A DNA stretch of 64,000 nucleotides from Malacoraja senta (Eukaryota): NCBI GenBank assembly GCA_038087875.1, contig CM075990.1:12836001-12900000 (forward strand), written 5' to 3'. The translations under genes and the position numbers were made by a program. Under the pieces are notes generated by a model that worked only from the letters and a program-made list of their open reading frames with translations, did no database searches and was not told the origin of the DNA. Position 1 is the stretch's first letter. Each line of letters opens with the position of its first letter. This document shows positions 26,531 through 40,471 of this stretch, in pieces.

Positions 26531-28335
26531 GTAATGGAAAGGCTCAAGTTTCTAAGTCATTGTATCGTTCGAGTGCACATATAAAGAATGGCTTTTTGAG
26601 GCAAAGCAACTCTGGTTGAAGAAAACTCGGGAGTTTTATTATTGTCACAAGTATCAAGGTACAGTGAAGAGCGTGGTTTTGCATGCTTTCCAAATAGATC
26701 GGATAATACTGGACATAAATATAATCAGTTCAAACAAGTAGAATAGATGGAGCTAAGGGGCAGATATAGAGTGCAGTATATAGTTCTCAGCATCGTAGCT
26801 AATAAGTTCCATAGACAAAGTCCAATGTCCACACTGGGGTAGAGGTGATTCGGACAGTATCCTAGCTCATGCAAGGACTATTCAGAAACCTCATAACCAA
26901 GGGGAAAGAAACAGTTTGTGAGTCTGGTGGTGCGTGTTTTCACGCAGCTGTACCTTTTGCCGGACAGGAGCAAGGAGAAGAAGAAATGACCAGAGTGTTT
27001 CAAGTTATTGATCTAATAACTCAGCACCCTGGCCACGTTTTGGTGCAGCACTAGCAAATTTACCAGACTATCAGATGCTACTCCACACACTGGGCCCCGA
27101 TCGTGGCCACAGATTTACTTGCATTCCTGACCCCCCCCAACTCCAAACAAGCACCTGGTCCACATGCTTCACAATATGTAGCCAACCTCACAAGTATGTG
27201 TATAGGAAGGAACTGCAGATGCTGGTTTATACTGAAAATATACACAGAATTCTGGAGTAAGTTAGCGGGTCGGGCAGCATCTTTAGAGAAAAGAGAAAAT
27301 GCCCGAGGAAGGATTCTGATCCGAAATGTCACCTCTTCCTTTTCTCTAGAGATGCTGCCTGACCCACTGAGTTACTCCAGCATGTTGTGTCTATGTCACG
27401 AGTATGTGGATCCATGGATAACTATTTCTTATTGCATTAATGACTGAGGCTGATATCTATTCATCGGGATTTCTGAATAATTGGGTATTGAATTATTGGA
27501 GTTTTACCGGTAATATTTAAACTGGTGCTGGTTGCAGGATAACTTTTTGGTTAGTTCCCTATTTTCTAATAGGTAGCAGGTAGACAATGTAATGCCTCAT
27601 CTCTGAATGTACACACAGTACTATCCTGGATATCTATTTTTAAAAGAAATTAACTTTGCTTGAGCATATGGCATTGATCAGCCCGTCTAATATTTTCCAC
27701 AACTCAAATTACACACGTTGGAGCAAGTGGAACAGATTTTAATAGAAACAAATTACAGCGTGTTTATCTTGCAATATCCAGAATAGTCAGAAACTATCGG
27801 AAAATCTAGATATGTTTTTATACGGTAAAGTCACAAAAGAGCTGTAAGCATTAGTGAACGTGTTGTAGCTATTTGAATGAACGTAGTTTATAAAGAGAAT
27901 AATATTAACGAGCGAGTGCCCTTTCAGTGAAACTTAGACCTGGTGTCATATAACTGTTGCTATGTTCGAGTTTACTAGTTTCATTCACTTGTTCAGACCG
28001 AGAACCTACAAACATGGAAAGAAAATCATTTGACACAATTATAAAATAGCTTTAAAAACTCTTAAGCCTGGTTAAGGGGGGGGGGGGGGGGGAATTTCCA
28101 GCTGGACTTTTCGTACAAAGTAGAATCACACATAATGGGTTGGAGGAGTGAGCCTTTGGAGCAACAGGAAAGTAGAAGCACATCGGTTTGATGCGAGAAC
28201 CCCCTTGTTAGATTCCTTCCCCATCCAAATCATTGGCAGAACAGTTGGTGGGGGTGCACGGGAAGACCCGCTGGTCAAGGATGACGGATCAATGGGCCCT
28301 GCATTATCATTGCCCAGCCCTGAACATTATTGCAT

Positions 28336-28655
28336 TTAGTTTAGTTTAGAGATACAGCACAGAAACAGGCCCTTTGGACCACCAGGTCCGCGCCGACCAG
28401 CGATCCCCGCACATTCACACTATCCTACAACCACTAAGAACAATTTTTTTTAAACATTTACCAAGCCAATTAACCTACAAACCTGTACGTCTTTGGAGTG
28501 TGGGAGGAAACCGAAGATCTCGGAGAAAACTCACGTAGGTCATGGGGAGAACGGACAAACTCCCTACAGACAGCACCCGTAGTCGGGATCGAACCCAGGT
28601 TTCCGGCGCTGCATTCGCTGTAAGGCAGCAACTCTACCACTGCGCCACCGTGACC
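28336..28655 (-). mobile_element. V-SINE (HE1-like)
   Basis: Full-length reverse-complement copy in a SAR1A intron. Confidence 0.85.
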
Positions 28656-31600
28656 ACCTTTATCTAAAAACATCTCCAAGCTGTCTCCAAGAAGACCAGC
28701 TGAGGACCGATTCGCACCAGAACATAACTCCAGCCTGGGTAGTAACTATTCTGTGTAAAAGACCCTGGGCTATGAGTGTCATCAACATATTCTAACATGC
28801 AGTGGGATGCCAACAATCACAGATTTTGGTTGCCTGACACCAACACCTCTGTATGGGGACTGGACGCTGATCAAGGGAAAATAGACACAAAAAGCTGGAA
28901 TAACTCCGTTGGGAAGGCAGCATCTTGGAGAAAGGGAATAGGTGAAGTTTGTGATATCTTTGTGACCCGAAACGGTGAATAGGTGATGTCTTCAGACCCG
29001 AAACGTCACCTATTCCTTTCTAGAGACGCTGCCTGACTCGCTGAGTTACTCCAGCATTTTGCGTCTATCTTCGGTTTAAACTAACATCTGCAGTTCCTTC
29101 CTACACACACTGATCAAGAGAACCCTGACTTTGATGTTGTTGTTGCCACTTCCTCTGGCATGTAGACATGGAAACCCATTATATGTCTGAGACCAAACAA
29201 CTGTGTAGCTAGGAGCTAAGCAATTATAACCTTTTGTGTTTGTGGGCTAGGGAGAGCTATAAAAGGAGTATATTTCATGCTTCGTGTGTATCGTTCACTT
29301 TGCAATTTATGGAAAATACGTGGGACCTTCAAACAGTCTGACTGCAAACTAAGCAGTGAGCAAAGGCAGAACAGCAGTCAAACCAAAACTGGGTTGGTGC
29401 TGCTACTAATTAAACATTGATGATTTGCAAAGTAAGTCAGCGGGTCAGATAGCATCTCCGGAGGAAAGGAATAGGTGACATTTCGAGTCGAGACCCTTCT
29501 TCAGACTAAGAGTCGGGAAAGGGACCGAGAGATATGTACAGTGATTTAGAGAGATATAGAACAAATGGATGAAAGATATGCACAAAAGTAACACTTTGCA
29601 GGATGCTAGTTGATGACTATTAAATTGGAAGATTAAATCTAGTTCAACTGGTAACACTATTCAGGTTAATTATCTCTGTAGATAGGCTGTAGGTAGATCA
29701 AAAATAATTCTTGTTTCTAGTTTTCATTCGGTGTTAAAATGATGTTTTAAAACCATGCAGTTCAACACATTGTATGATGATATTAAGTGGGTGGCTTTTG
29801 TTTTAGCTGTGGTTCAATGGGTAACACTCTTGCCCACAAATTGGGGATTTTGTGCTCGTCCAACTTCAGGGAGTTGAACACAAAATCTTAGGTTGACTCT
29901 CCCAATCAGTGTTCCTTAGGCACTATTCAAAAGGAAAGTTCTCTCCATTTTCCATTCAAACTTTGTTCTGTACTAAGCACTACAAAATTGATGCGGTGTG
30001 GTCAAAACTCAACTGCAACACCTCTGCTGTGTTTCAAACAGAGAGCCAGCCATTTGTAGAGTGTACCGGTAAATCACAGGGCACCAATGCTAAGATAATG
30101 AGTATTCGGCCCATTATCAAAGCACATCACCATCTGCCCATGTGTTATGAAAGCACATCACTGCCCTTTCAAAGCTAAAGTTCAGACGTAATTATTTTAT
30201 AATTATCACTTGACATATTGATATGGACATAGTATTGTCACCTGATTAATGATGCAGATCTTGTGAGTTCACTTGTGCTGCCAGATTGCAGCCCTTGTCC
30301 TTCTCTCTCATTGCAACCCCCTCCCACCTAAAGGTTGGTTCTATCTGCTCTTCCCTCACGCAGCAAGGCCGTGTTGCTATCAATCTGGCAAATTTAGAAG
30401 TTTTGTTATGGATATGGGCCTCGGAAATGTAAATGATAAAATTGCACATTATTAAAATATTGTGCTGCAATATTGTCTGCAAACCTTGTTTTGCACGAAC
30501 ACTGACCTTGACTTTGACTAGCCATATGCGGCAGCAAAGAAGATCAACAAGTAATTTTTAGATGTTCTGCCTATAGAAAGCATGGGCAGTATCCGGCAGG
30601 CAGCCTTGATCTCTGATGACGTTTGCACGAGGTTCACTCCTGTAACTTGACATTCTCGCACATGATTGAAACTCTGCCTCCCCACTCCAGCTGGCCACCT
30701 GTCAGCTCGAGGTAATTCATCGGCAGTGGCTGGTACATGGTTTGTGTTAAAAGCCAAAATAGAATATCATCCTTGTTGTCACTGTACTCCTTGTGTACAA
30801 ACGTTGAGGTCAGACAGCATCTCTGGAGAAATGGAATTGGTGACGTTTCGGGTCGAGACCCTTCTTCACCTGAAACATCACCCATTCTTTTTCTCCGGAG
30901 ATGCTGTCTGACCCGCTGAGTTACTCCAGCTTTTTGTGTCTACGGTTTAAACCAGCATCTGCAGTTCCTTCCTACAGAATTCATTGAGATGTTGGTTGTC
31001 TTTCTGCTGACTGGTTTGCACGCAACAAAAACGTTTCACTGTACCTCGGTACACGTGACAGTAAACTAAACTGAACTCTGTTTTTGGAGTCTTCTGTAAG
31101 GTTAATATCCAATAGGCAGTACAGCTCTCCAATTTAGCTTAGCTTAGAGATAAAGCATGGAAACAGGCCCTTCGCTCCAGTGATCCCCACACACTGACTC
31201 TATCCTACACACACTAGGGACAATTGCCAATTATACCAAGCCAATTAGCCTACAATTCTGTTTACTATTCCCAGTCATCTTTGTATTTCTGTTACAAACA
31301 CATTTGAAGGCCATTTCCAATTTAATTGTTCATACAAGTGATTATTTAAGCTGTCTGACCAAATCAGTCTTATCATTGGATTTAATTGTAAATAACATTA
31401 TTGTTTAGAGATAGCACATTCTTATAATTCACATCCCATCTTTGTATTTCACAAAAAGATCCGTAATTTTTTACACAAGCCAAGAATGCAGTTATAGCCA
31501 TTTTTAGATGCATCATTTGAAAGCTGTGTTTTCAGCTGCAAAATGTGTATGTTTTTAAATTCACTCTGCATGAATCTCTGCTCTATTTCTTTCATCTATC

Positions 31601-32316
31601 TTACACTGCTTAAAATCTACTTCTGCTCAGGCTTAAGGGCTGTTAAATCCAATTTGACTGATAATGCTCCATTGAAAAGCATTATGATAAGACCACATGC
31701 AACTTGCCATGCAATTACAGACTGTGACTGAATGTATGCTCGTCAGAACGCACTCACTGGTTGTCTGGTGATTCCCTACCACTCCGTGAGTCTCAAACAC
31801 ATGAGTTTGGAGATGCAAGAAAATTAAGATGTCGGAACCTTGTGCAAAACAAAATGCCGGAGAAACTCAGTGGGTCAGGCAGCATCAGTGGACAGGCAAC
31901 ATTTTGGTGCTGGACCCTTCTTCAGACTCTGTAAGACTGAATTGGGGTCCAGACCCAAAACACTTTCATAAAGTCATACAGTGTGGAAACAATCTTTCAG
32001 CCCCGCTTGCCCATGCCGATCATAGTCTGTTCATGCCCTCCAGAGATGCTGCCTGACTTGCTGAATTCCTCCAACGCTGTGTGTTTTGCCACGACTTTGA
32101 ATCCTGCTTGCACTGAAAGGAGCAGGACTGGAGAAACATGTTTCTACCCACCCAATGCAGTGGCTGCAGTTAGTGAACCTTCTGCAGTAGACTGAAGGAA
32201 TTAAGGAGGCCCGCCAGAAAGTTGGCAGAGCCCAAGGCACCTTGAAGATGGAGCAGTGAGGAAAGATTTATATTCTGTTTAACGTATGCAGTGGTAAGCT
32301 TGAATCTGAGCACTAA

Positions 32317-32782
32317 AGGGCCTGTCCCACTCGGGTGACCTAATCCGCGAGTTCTGGCGAGTTTGCCCTCGACTCATACTCGCAGCATGGTCGACACGAG
32401 GTCGTAGGAGGTCTTCGTAACTCTCCTTCATGCTCAAGAGTGGTCTCCGCGTACTCGAGGCCTCAGCTAGGTCGCGGCGTTTTTTTCAATATGTTAAAAA
32501 ATGCCCGTGAGTAAAAAAAGGTCGCCATGGAAAAAATCACTACTTTTTTTACTCGTAGGTAATCGTGAGTAGTCGTAGATAGTCTTCATCTTAGTTGAAG
32601 GGAGGTCGAAGGAGATCGAAGGAGGTCGTCTTCACTCTCCACTATTCGGTGTCCAATTTTCCCGAAGTTAGTCGTAGCTAGTCGAAGCTGGTCTTCAACA
32701 TAGTCGAAGGAGGTCTTCAACATGTCATTTTTTCAAACTCTTCTAAACTCGCCAATTAGGTCACCCAAGTGGGACAGCCCCT
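32317..32782. mobile_element. PIF/Harbinger-type MITE (466 bp) in the last SAR1A intron
   Basis: TIRs AGGGCCTGTCCCACTCGGGTGACCTAAT / ATTAGGTCACCCAAGTGGGACAGCCCCT; TAA flanks; internal GTCGWAG repeats. Confidence 0.85.
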
Positions 32783-33254
32783 TAATCCTCATGAGAGAAG
32801 AAAGCAATGGAAATAAGTTGAGCAACGGTATTGGGCATATCTTAACAGGAATTCTAGTTAGACATCAACATCCTTTACACCCCATGTATCCATTTATGGA
32901 CATCTGACGTAAATTGCGCACAAATTTGGAGAGGGACCTACAATACACTCAAGCTTCATTTAGACTGATTTATGATGTGTTCAGAAGAAAAGATGACAAA
33001 GTGAATGTTAATGTTTGTGTGGAATAGGTTTGACTTGCTGTAAGTGATTGCGTATAGCTTAGAATTTGAGTGTGGGGCATGGGGGAAATGTGAAAATGGA
33101 AGTTGCTCCTCTGGGATGCTGTGGTGACTTAATTTTGGGGTTGGAACACTGGAAAATATTTGGGATTTCTTGTTAAGTAATTGTTATGTGAAAATAATAT
33201 GACCTGTTGCTGCATACATCAGGGGTATGAATGTTCCTTGCCGATCTGTTCCAG

Positions 33255-33371
33255 GGGGCTGTGCCATTGAAAGAACTCAACACTCGACCACTAGAGGTGT
33301 TTATGTGCAGCGTGCTGAAACGTCAGGGATATGGAGAAGGATTCCGCTGGCTTTCGCAATACATCGACTGA
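33255..33371 (+). CDS. SAR1A: SAR1A last coding exon
   Basis: ttccag acceptor; [38 protein letters not shown]; the WLSQYID ending is SAR1A-type. Confidence 0.96.
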   Translation, partial: GAVPLKELNTRPLEVFMCSVLKRQGYGEGFRWLSQYID

Positions 33372-35705
33372 ACCCGAGAGTAAATTATGCCACTTTGGAC
33401 TGAACTAGTTTGCAGCTGTCCACATGATCTTCATTTCCTCTCCTCTGCTTCCTTTCCAAAACAAAAAAACAGGTCACACAGCTGTTGACAAGATCGCAAT
33501 GCCTAGCAGGGGAGGTTTCAGATCCAGGTTTGTAAAGTATAAACCTGAGGTAGGCGTTTGTACCTGGTTTAACATTACAACTGTTTGCCCCAAGTGTGGC
33601 CTGTTTACAACCCCCCCTCCCCCCCCTCAATAATAGTCAACTGATAATTCACACTTGAGTTTGGCTATACAATGGTCTTAGAGATATATGTGAGGATTTT
33701 TTTTTTGTGCGTGTTCCTTTCTTGTGATGCTCTGTGCTCCCGAAGATATCCAGGTATATCTGCCCCTCTGGGGCCACGTCATTGAAGAAAGCATGGGTCG
33801 AATGGATGGCAGTGAACTGACCACTCTACAAAGCATTTTAACCAAATCAAGTGATAAGCTGAATAGTGTTCACAAGTCAACTATTCAAATATGTTCCCTG
33901 TCTGCGCTGATTATGGTAGGAGCCATTTTTCCTGAAGCTCGGAATGGTTTGAGGCCAAAATTAAAATATGGCCAATGTAAACGTAACCATTCAGGACTTG
34001 AAGCTCCCATGAAATGAGGCTGTGGGAACTATTTTGTTAAAATTCTCTCTGCTGCCAGTTTATTCTAGGTGGGATGTGCTTTACATATATGACATTAACA
34101 TTTGAAGATATGCCAGTGGTGTTTGGACTGGTTAAATCACAATCAATTCATAAATGTGATTCAGTTTGGTTAATTATCTTACTGTCGACTCTGTGTGGCT
34201 GTAGTTGTCGTGTTGGTGTATCGTGCATCGCGGTGGATTGTAGCCAGGGTTTGAGTATGAACTGGGGATGTTTCATCAATAAACAGCCCCAGTTTAGTTT
34301 TAGGTATATATAAAACTGCATATCAGAAAACATCATATTTTAAAATTTAGATATTTAACTTTGTAATGGAATGATGACACAGTGAGTTGTATTTTGCCAA
34401 TTGGGTGTAAAGGTATCTTGGGAATTGGAAAATGAGCAAAGTGTGTCTCAGGTGGATAGAGTGTGATGCAGTCTGTTTAGACTTGATTAGTGAGTCATTC
34501 TGAATAACACAAGCTGGGTGGCATGGTTTACAAGATGAGTTTGTTGCAGAAATTATCTTCTAAGGGGCTGGCGAACTGGAGGAATTGCACACTATCTTGC
34601 ACACTATTAATGTAAAGCTTTTATATAAAAAATGTGAACACATTCATACACCTGGTGCTTTTAACTGTGGAGTCAAAATGGAAGTACACAGGCTACGTGA
34701 TGCTGGGAACTGTTTTACAAATACGTTCAAATAGCTTGTGTCAACAAAACCGAACAGTGGGTGCGCATGGAACAGGGAATTTTAAATCTCTGTTCATTGA
34801 ACTAGGTAATACTTACAAAATGAATAAGGCTGCATTATCAATGATGTGGACTGTTATCAAACAGCCATTCCACCAGGAAATTGAAGGGAATGAAAAGTGG
34901 TTGGTCAACACCATGTTATATATTTTCTTGCTTCTAAACTTTTGCCTCTTGCACAGAATGGTGGTGTTCTTTCGCGGTTGATGAAAGGATGGAGACATTC
35001 TGTCGTGGCATTCTCCTTCTGCCAAAAATGAGAAAAACAAATCGCACCTTCTCCCTGTCGAGAAATAAATGTCTGTCTCGGAAACGCCAAGCCGGCTGTT
35101 TTCCTCTGTTGAGGCTTATTTTGCCAAACCAGACAAAGACTCATTACTTCCAGTAGACACCATTTAATGAGAATGTTATGTTTGTACTTTATTGTCTCTT
35201 TAGGCTCTTCCATTTAAAAAACCCACATCATTTGCTCTAAATGAGTGAATGGATAAAGAAAATGTCTTGCTTGTCCCAGGAGCAAGGTCATGTTTCCACA
35301 ACAGAGGCATCAGCAGATATCCATTTGAAGGGCATTTATTTATCACTGTGGCAGTCTGAGTGGACTTTCCCTTTTCCTAAGCATGACTGCAGAACTAGAT
35401 ATATTCTTTCCCCCTTCCCCAAAGGCTTTTGGGCTTTTAACACAACAGGTTAGTACTGTACCTGCAGTATTACTCAGTTATTACAGTTCTACATGTTTGG
35501 GGTTATTGATCTCTACTGAGAGGGTATAGGTGACTGCTTTAACATTTCACCAATCTGATGCCTTCCCCAACTTTATTCTTGCAAAAAACTAGTTCTCGCC
35601 CTCAATTTGTTCATTCTTTATGTGGTAGAAAGATAACTTGCAACATGTATAAATGTATTATAAATCATTGCTTTATTTGAATAAATGTACTTGTATATCT
35701 TTGTG
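33372..35705 (+). other. SAR1A: probable long SAR1A 3' UTR ending near AATAAA at 35680-35685
   Basis: About 2.3 kb with no recognisable interspersed repeats in a repeat-dense window, followed by AATAAA and a GT/T-rich downstream tract. Confidence 0.5.
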
Positions 35706-38700
35706 TCTTGAACTTTTGTTGAACTATGCATTCGGCATGGGTTGATGAGCATCTAGCATCTGCTGCAACTAAAACATGTGCTGGATTCTTCCACCAGTTT
35801 GTGTCTGTGTGGCACCCTACCCCATGGCTGAGCTTCATTGCTTGCATTAAGTTAATAACGACACCACAGTGACTTGATGTACAGCAGCCACAATCCCAAT
35901 GAGATGTATGCCCAGTTAAGTTTATTTTCATTGCACATTGAGAAATGAATATAGGTTAGCTGACTAACTCGAACCTTCTTCACAAAATGCCAAGAACCTT
36001 TGAAACAAACACCAGCATTAATGCCACTATCAAAAGACAGCCGAGCACTGGGGTTCACTGAACTCTACAGTTTCCAGAGCACTGCAAATTATGAATCTCC
36101 CCAGCTGCACTTGAAAGTTTAAAGTATCGTTCCTCTTCAGTAATCTGTTTGCCTTTCAGCCTAGAATACTTTCAGATTATTGCATTACTCCCAAAATAGT
36201 TTTCCCTGATGGAAGGTCAATTTCTACAGGACCTTGAGTATAATGCAATAGCAAATATGACTATATTTCAGGGTTTTGAATTCAATGTACATTCTTGTAT
36301 TTAAGCTCATTCTCTAGCTTGTGGATTGATTCTTGACATCAGCGTCTGAAAATTGCTCATTACTGGATAGAAACCAATTGCAACTATTTCTGGGTCAAAT
36401 TTGCCACTTAAAAATTTCATCTCGACACTTTCAATCACTCTTGATTGAGTCCTGGGAAATGAAGGCGCATTGTTCCAAGTTCATCGCTCATCCATCGGTT
36501 GGTCACATTGAGCGATATACTTTTGGTTTGATGGTAAAAGCACAAATTAACTTTTAGTTCTTAAGGTAGAAAGGAGAGAAAGAGGATTAATAGACTGGTT
36601 GACCTAAAGGATGTATACCTAGGCTGAGAAGCTTCTATGGGAAAGATACATCAGCCGTGATTGAATTGTGGAGTAGACTGGATAGGCCAAATGGCCTAAT
36701 TCTGCCCCTATAACTTATGTACTTATAATCTTTGAAGGGAAACATTATTTGAATTTGAGAAACATAAGCGATCTTGTGGAAATGTACGCAATTGTTCGAG
36801 GAATTCACCAGGTGTTTCCACAAGCTGCAGAATCCACCACATCGTCTCAGGATAAATCTCCTATTATTTTAGACTGGGTTGGTAAGAAATGCCTTGACTT
36901 AAAAGAATTGTGAATCATTGGAATTATCTACACTTTAAGGCTCGTCGTTGTTCTGGGTTGAGGTCTTCAGTTTTGAGCTAAGGGCTGCAGGAAAATCAAT
37001 GTATATAATCAGCCTTAATCTACTTATTGAGCAGCAGAGCAGGCTTGAGGGACGGTAGGACCTGCTATATTTGTGCTAATGTTTGATGAAGAGCTGGGCC
37101 CACACACATTGAAAATGAGTGGGTTTCAGGCTTTCCATTGGAAACTGAACTGTATTGCAGTGTGCTGACAACCACTAATGATCGGTGTGCTTTAAAGTAT
37201 CCTTCTGCCTCTGATAACAGCATCGTGTTTGTGGCATCCAGCTGTGAGTTCACGGTCTACTCCAGAAATCAGTATCGCGCCTAGTTTGATAAATTTAGCT
37301 TTTAGTTGAAGGATCATTGCTGAGTGTTTTGATCAAAGACTTCAGCTAAGAATATAACTCAACCCCAGGCACTATTCAGACATTTAAGTTAGGAGCAACG
37401 GTGGGCGATTTGTCTCCCTAAGCCCGTTCTGCTATTCAATAAGATTACAGCTAATCTGATTGTAAACACAAACTCCATATTCCTGCCTACCTCCAATAAT
37501 CTCTATTCTTCTTATCAAGAATCTGTCTATGTCTGCCTTAAAACATATCCAAAGGCTCTGGGTCTGGGTTAACGAAGAGAGCTCCAAATTCTCATAATCC
37601 TCTGAAATAAATTGTTTTGCTTCATTCTCTGTCTTAAATGGGAAAAGCCTTATTTTTAAACAATGGCTTCTTCTTCTCTAGTTACCTACAGCAGGAAACA
37701 CCCTCTTCACATGCAGCCTGTCAGGATCCACAGGATCTTATCTTTATTAAGTCACCTCTCACTCTTCTAAACTCAAGAGGATGGCAAGTTAAATTGCTGT
37801 GTCCTTGTAATCATTCATTTATCAACCAAGATAAGTGCCCTTCGGGTGACTTATTCCTGTGTGTGAGATCTTGTTCTCAAATTCATTCTTGATCAAATTC
37901 ATTGCAGCCTTACCGTGCATTGCTGAGGAAGTGCAGAGGACACTCTGTGGAGGGCAGTGCAGCGCTGCTACCTCACTGTTCCAGTGATCCAGGTTCAATC
38001 CTGACCCATGCTGCTGTCTGCATGGAGTTTGCATGTCCTCCTTTTGCCTGGGTCGAACTCGCCCCGGAAGCTCCCGTTTCCACCCAAGTCCCAAAGACAT
38101 GCAGGTTAGTATGTTAATTATGTGCTTTGAATTGCCCAGAATGTGTAGGTGAGCAATAGATGGAAATGTGGCAGTGTAAGTTTAGAGATACAGCATAGAA
38201 ACAGGCCCTTCGGCCTACTGAGGCCAAGTCGACCATCCATCACCCATTCACACTAATTCAATGTTATCCCACTTTCTCACTTCCAACACACTAGGGGCAA
38301 TTTATAGAGGTCAATTAGCCTATAAACCCGCATGTCTACTGCACCAGAGATCCAGTTTTAATCCTGACTGTGGATGTGGTCAGTATGGAGCATGTTCTCC
38401 CTGTGACCGTGTGGGCTTTCTCCTGATGCTCCAGTTTCCTCCCACATCCTAAAGGTGTGTGAATTTGTATGTTAATTGGCATCTGTAAATTGCCCCTAGT
38501 ATGTAGGATGTGAAACTAGGATAACAGAACTAGTGTACAGGTGATGTGTTTAAGAAGGAACTGGAGATGCTGGAAAAATCAAAGGTAGACAAAAATGCTA
38601 GAGAAACTCAGCGGGTGAGGCAGCATCAATGGAACGAAGGAATAGGTGACGTTTTGGGTCGAGACCCAAAGGATTTGAGTTTTGTCTTGATTGTATTTAT

Positions 38701-39413
38701 GTGTAGTATTATCTGATTTGTTTGGATCGCATGCATGCAAAATGAAGCTTTTCACTGTTCCTCAGTGCACGTGAAAATAATAAATCTAAACCTTTTTAGT
38801 TTAGTTTAGTTTGGTTGGTTTGGAAAAGCAGCGTTGGATCGAAATCCCTGTTTCCATGCTGTATGACTCTATGTCTAACATTACTGTCGCTGCATTATTA
38901 CGTAGATACGAAATGACAAAGTGGTAGAAATGAACTAGGACGGGCTTCTGATAAGAGTTGGACTAAGTATGATTAGGGCATGTCAAAAAGGCAGCCAGCA
39001 TCATCAGAGACCCACACCATCCTGGCCACACACTCATTTCACCCCTGCCATCGGGAAGAAAGTACCGGAGCCTAAAAACTGTAAGATCCAGATTCAGGAA
39101 CAGCTTCTTCCCCGTAGCCATTAGGCTATTAGGCACTGCAACCTCCAAATAAACTCTGAACTACATATACTATTATTGTTATCATTGCACTATTATTGTT
39201 TGTTTTTTATGTGTACGTATGTGTGCGTGGGTGTGTATATATACATATAATAATAATAATAATAGATTTTATTTATAGGCGCCTTTCAAACCTCAAGGAC
39301 ACCTTACAGATTTTACAGTAAAAACATGTAAGCGGAATAAAATAAATAATAAAGACATCACACGTACACAAATTAAAAACAGAATTCTATCCGAACACAA
39401 AAATAAAAAACAC

Positions 39414-39909
39414 AGTATGTATACACACCCACGCACACACATATATATATATATATACATATGTATTTATACACACCCATGCACACATACACACCCACAT
39501 ATGTATGTATACACACCCACGCACACATACACACATATGTATGTATACACACCCATACACACACATATATATATATATATACATATGTATGTATACACAC
39601 CCATACACACATATATATATATATACATGTGTATGTATACACACCCACGCACACATATATATATATATATACATATGTATGTATACACACCCACGCACAC
39701 ATACACACCCACATATGTATGTATACACACCCACGCACACATACACACATATGTATGTATACACACCCATACACACACATATATATATATATATATATAC
39801 ATATGTATGTATACACACCCATACACACATATATATATATATATACATATGTATGTATACACACCCACGCACACATACACACACATATATATATATACAT
39901 ATGTATGTT

Positions 39910-39940
<31 letters not shown>

Positions 39941-39952
39941 TCATATATATAT
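39414..39952. repeat. compound AT/AC minisatellite upstream of TYSND1
   Basis: About 12 variable units of CATATGTATGTATACACACCCA(C/T)(G/A)CACACAT followed by (AT)n or ACAC. Confidence 0.9.
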
Positions 39953-40471
39953 AGGAAGGAACTGCAGATGCTGGTTTAAATCGATGAGGCACAAAATGCT
40001 GGAGTAACTCAGCGGGACAGGCAGCATCTGTGGAGAGAAGGAATGGGTGACGCTTCGGGTGTATATGTGAGTATGGGTGTATATATACACACTTAACCGT
40101 TTCACGTTTATTACATCGTTTACAGTGTACTACGTTTACATATTCTGTTACGGTGCTGCAAGTAAGAATGTCCTTGTTCTATCTGGAGCATACAACACTC
40201 CTGACTTGACACGTAGCTTGAACGTGCATCTTTCCTGAGCTCGTTCCCGTGCAACCCAGCAAGAAAACTGGAATGATTCCCCAAGATAACGAAGGCTGCG
40301 TTTCATTCAGCACGACCTGCAGATGGTGACATGTGATGTGAAGTGCATCGCTTCCGGGTTAGTGATGAAGTTTTGCAATGGTCCTGGGCCAGCTGTGGGA
40401 TCGCCCTGTGCTCCACTGCAGACCCCCACCACCACCACCCCACCACCACCACCCCGCCGCCGCTCTGTGCC

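Noticed and set aside
39373..40007. Six long overlapping ORFs rich in Y/I/H/T/C/V
   Set aside because: Translation of an AT/AC minisatellite, not protein-coding
40343..40471. 43-codon N-terminal extension of TYSND1 in the ORF track
   Set aside because: It starts at GTG; the first ATG is at 40472, where homology to TYSND1 begins
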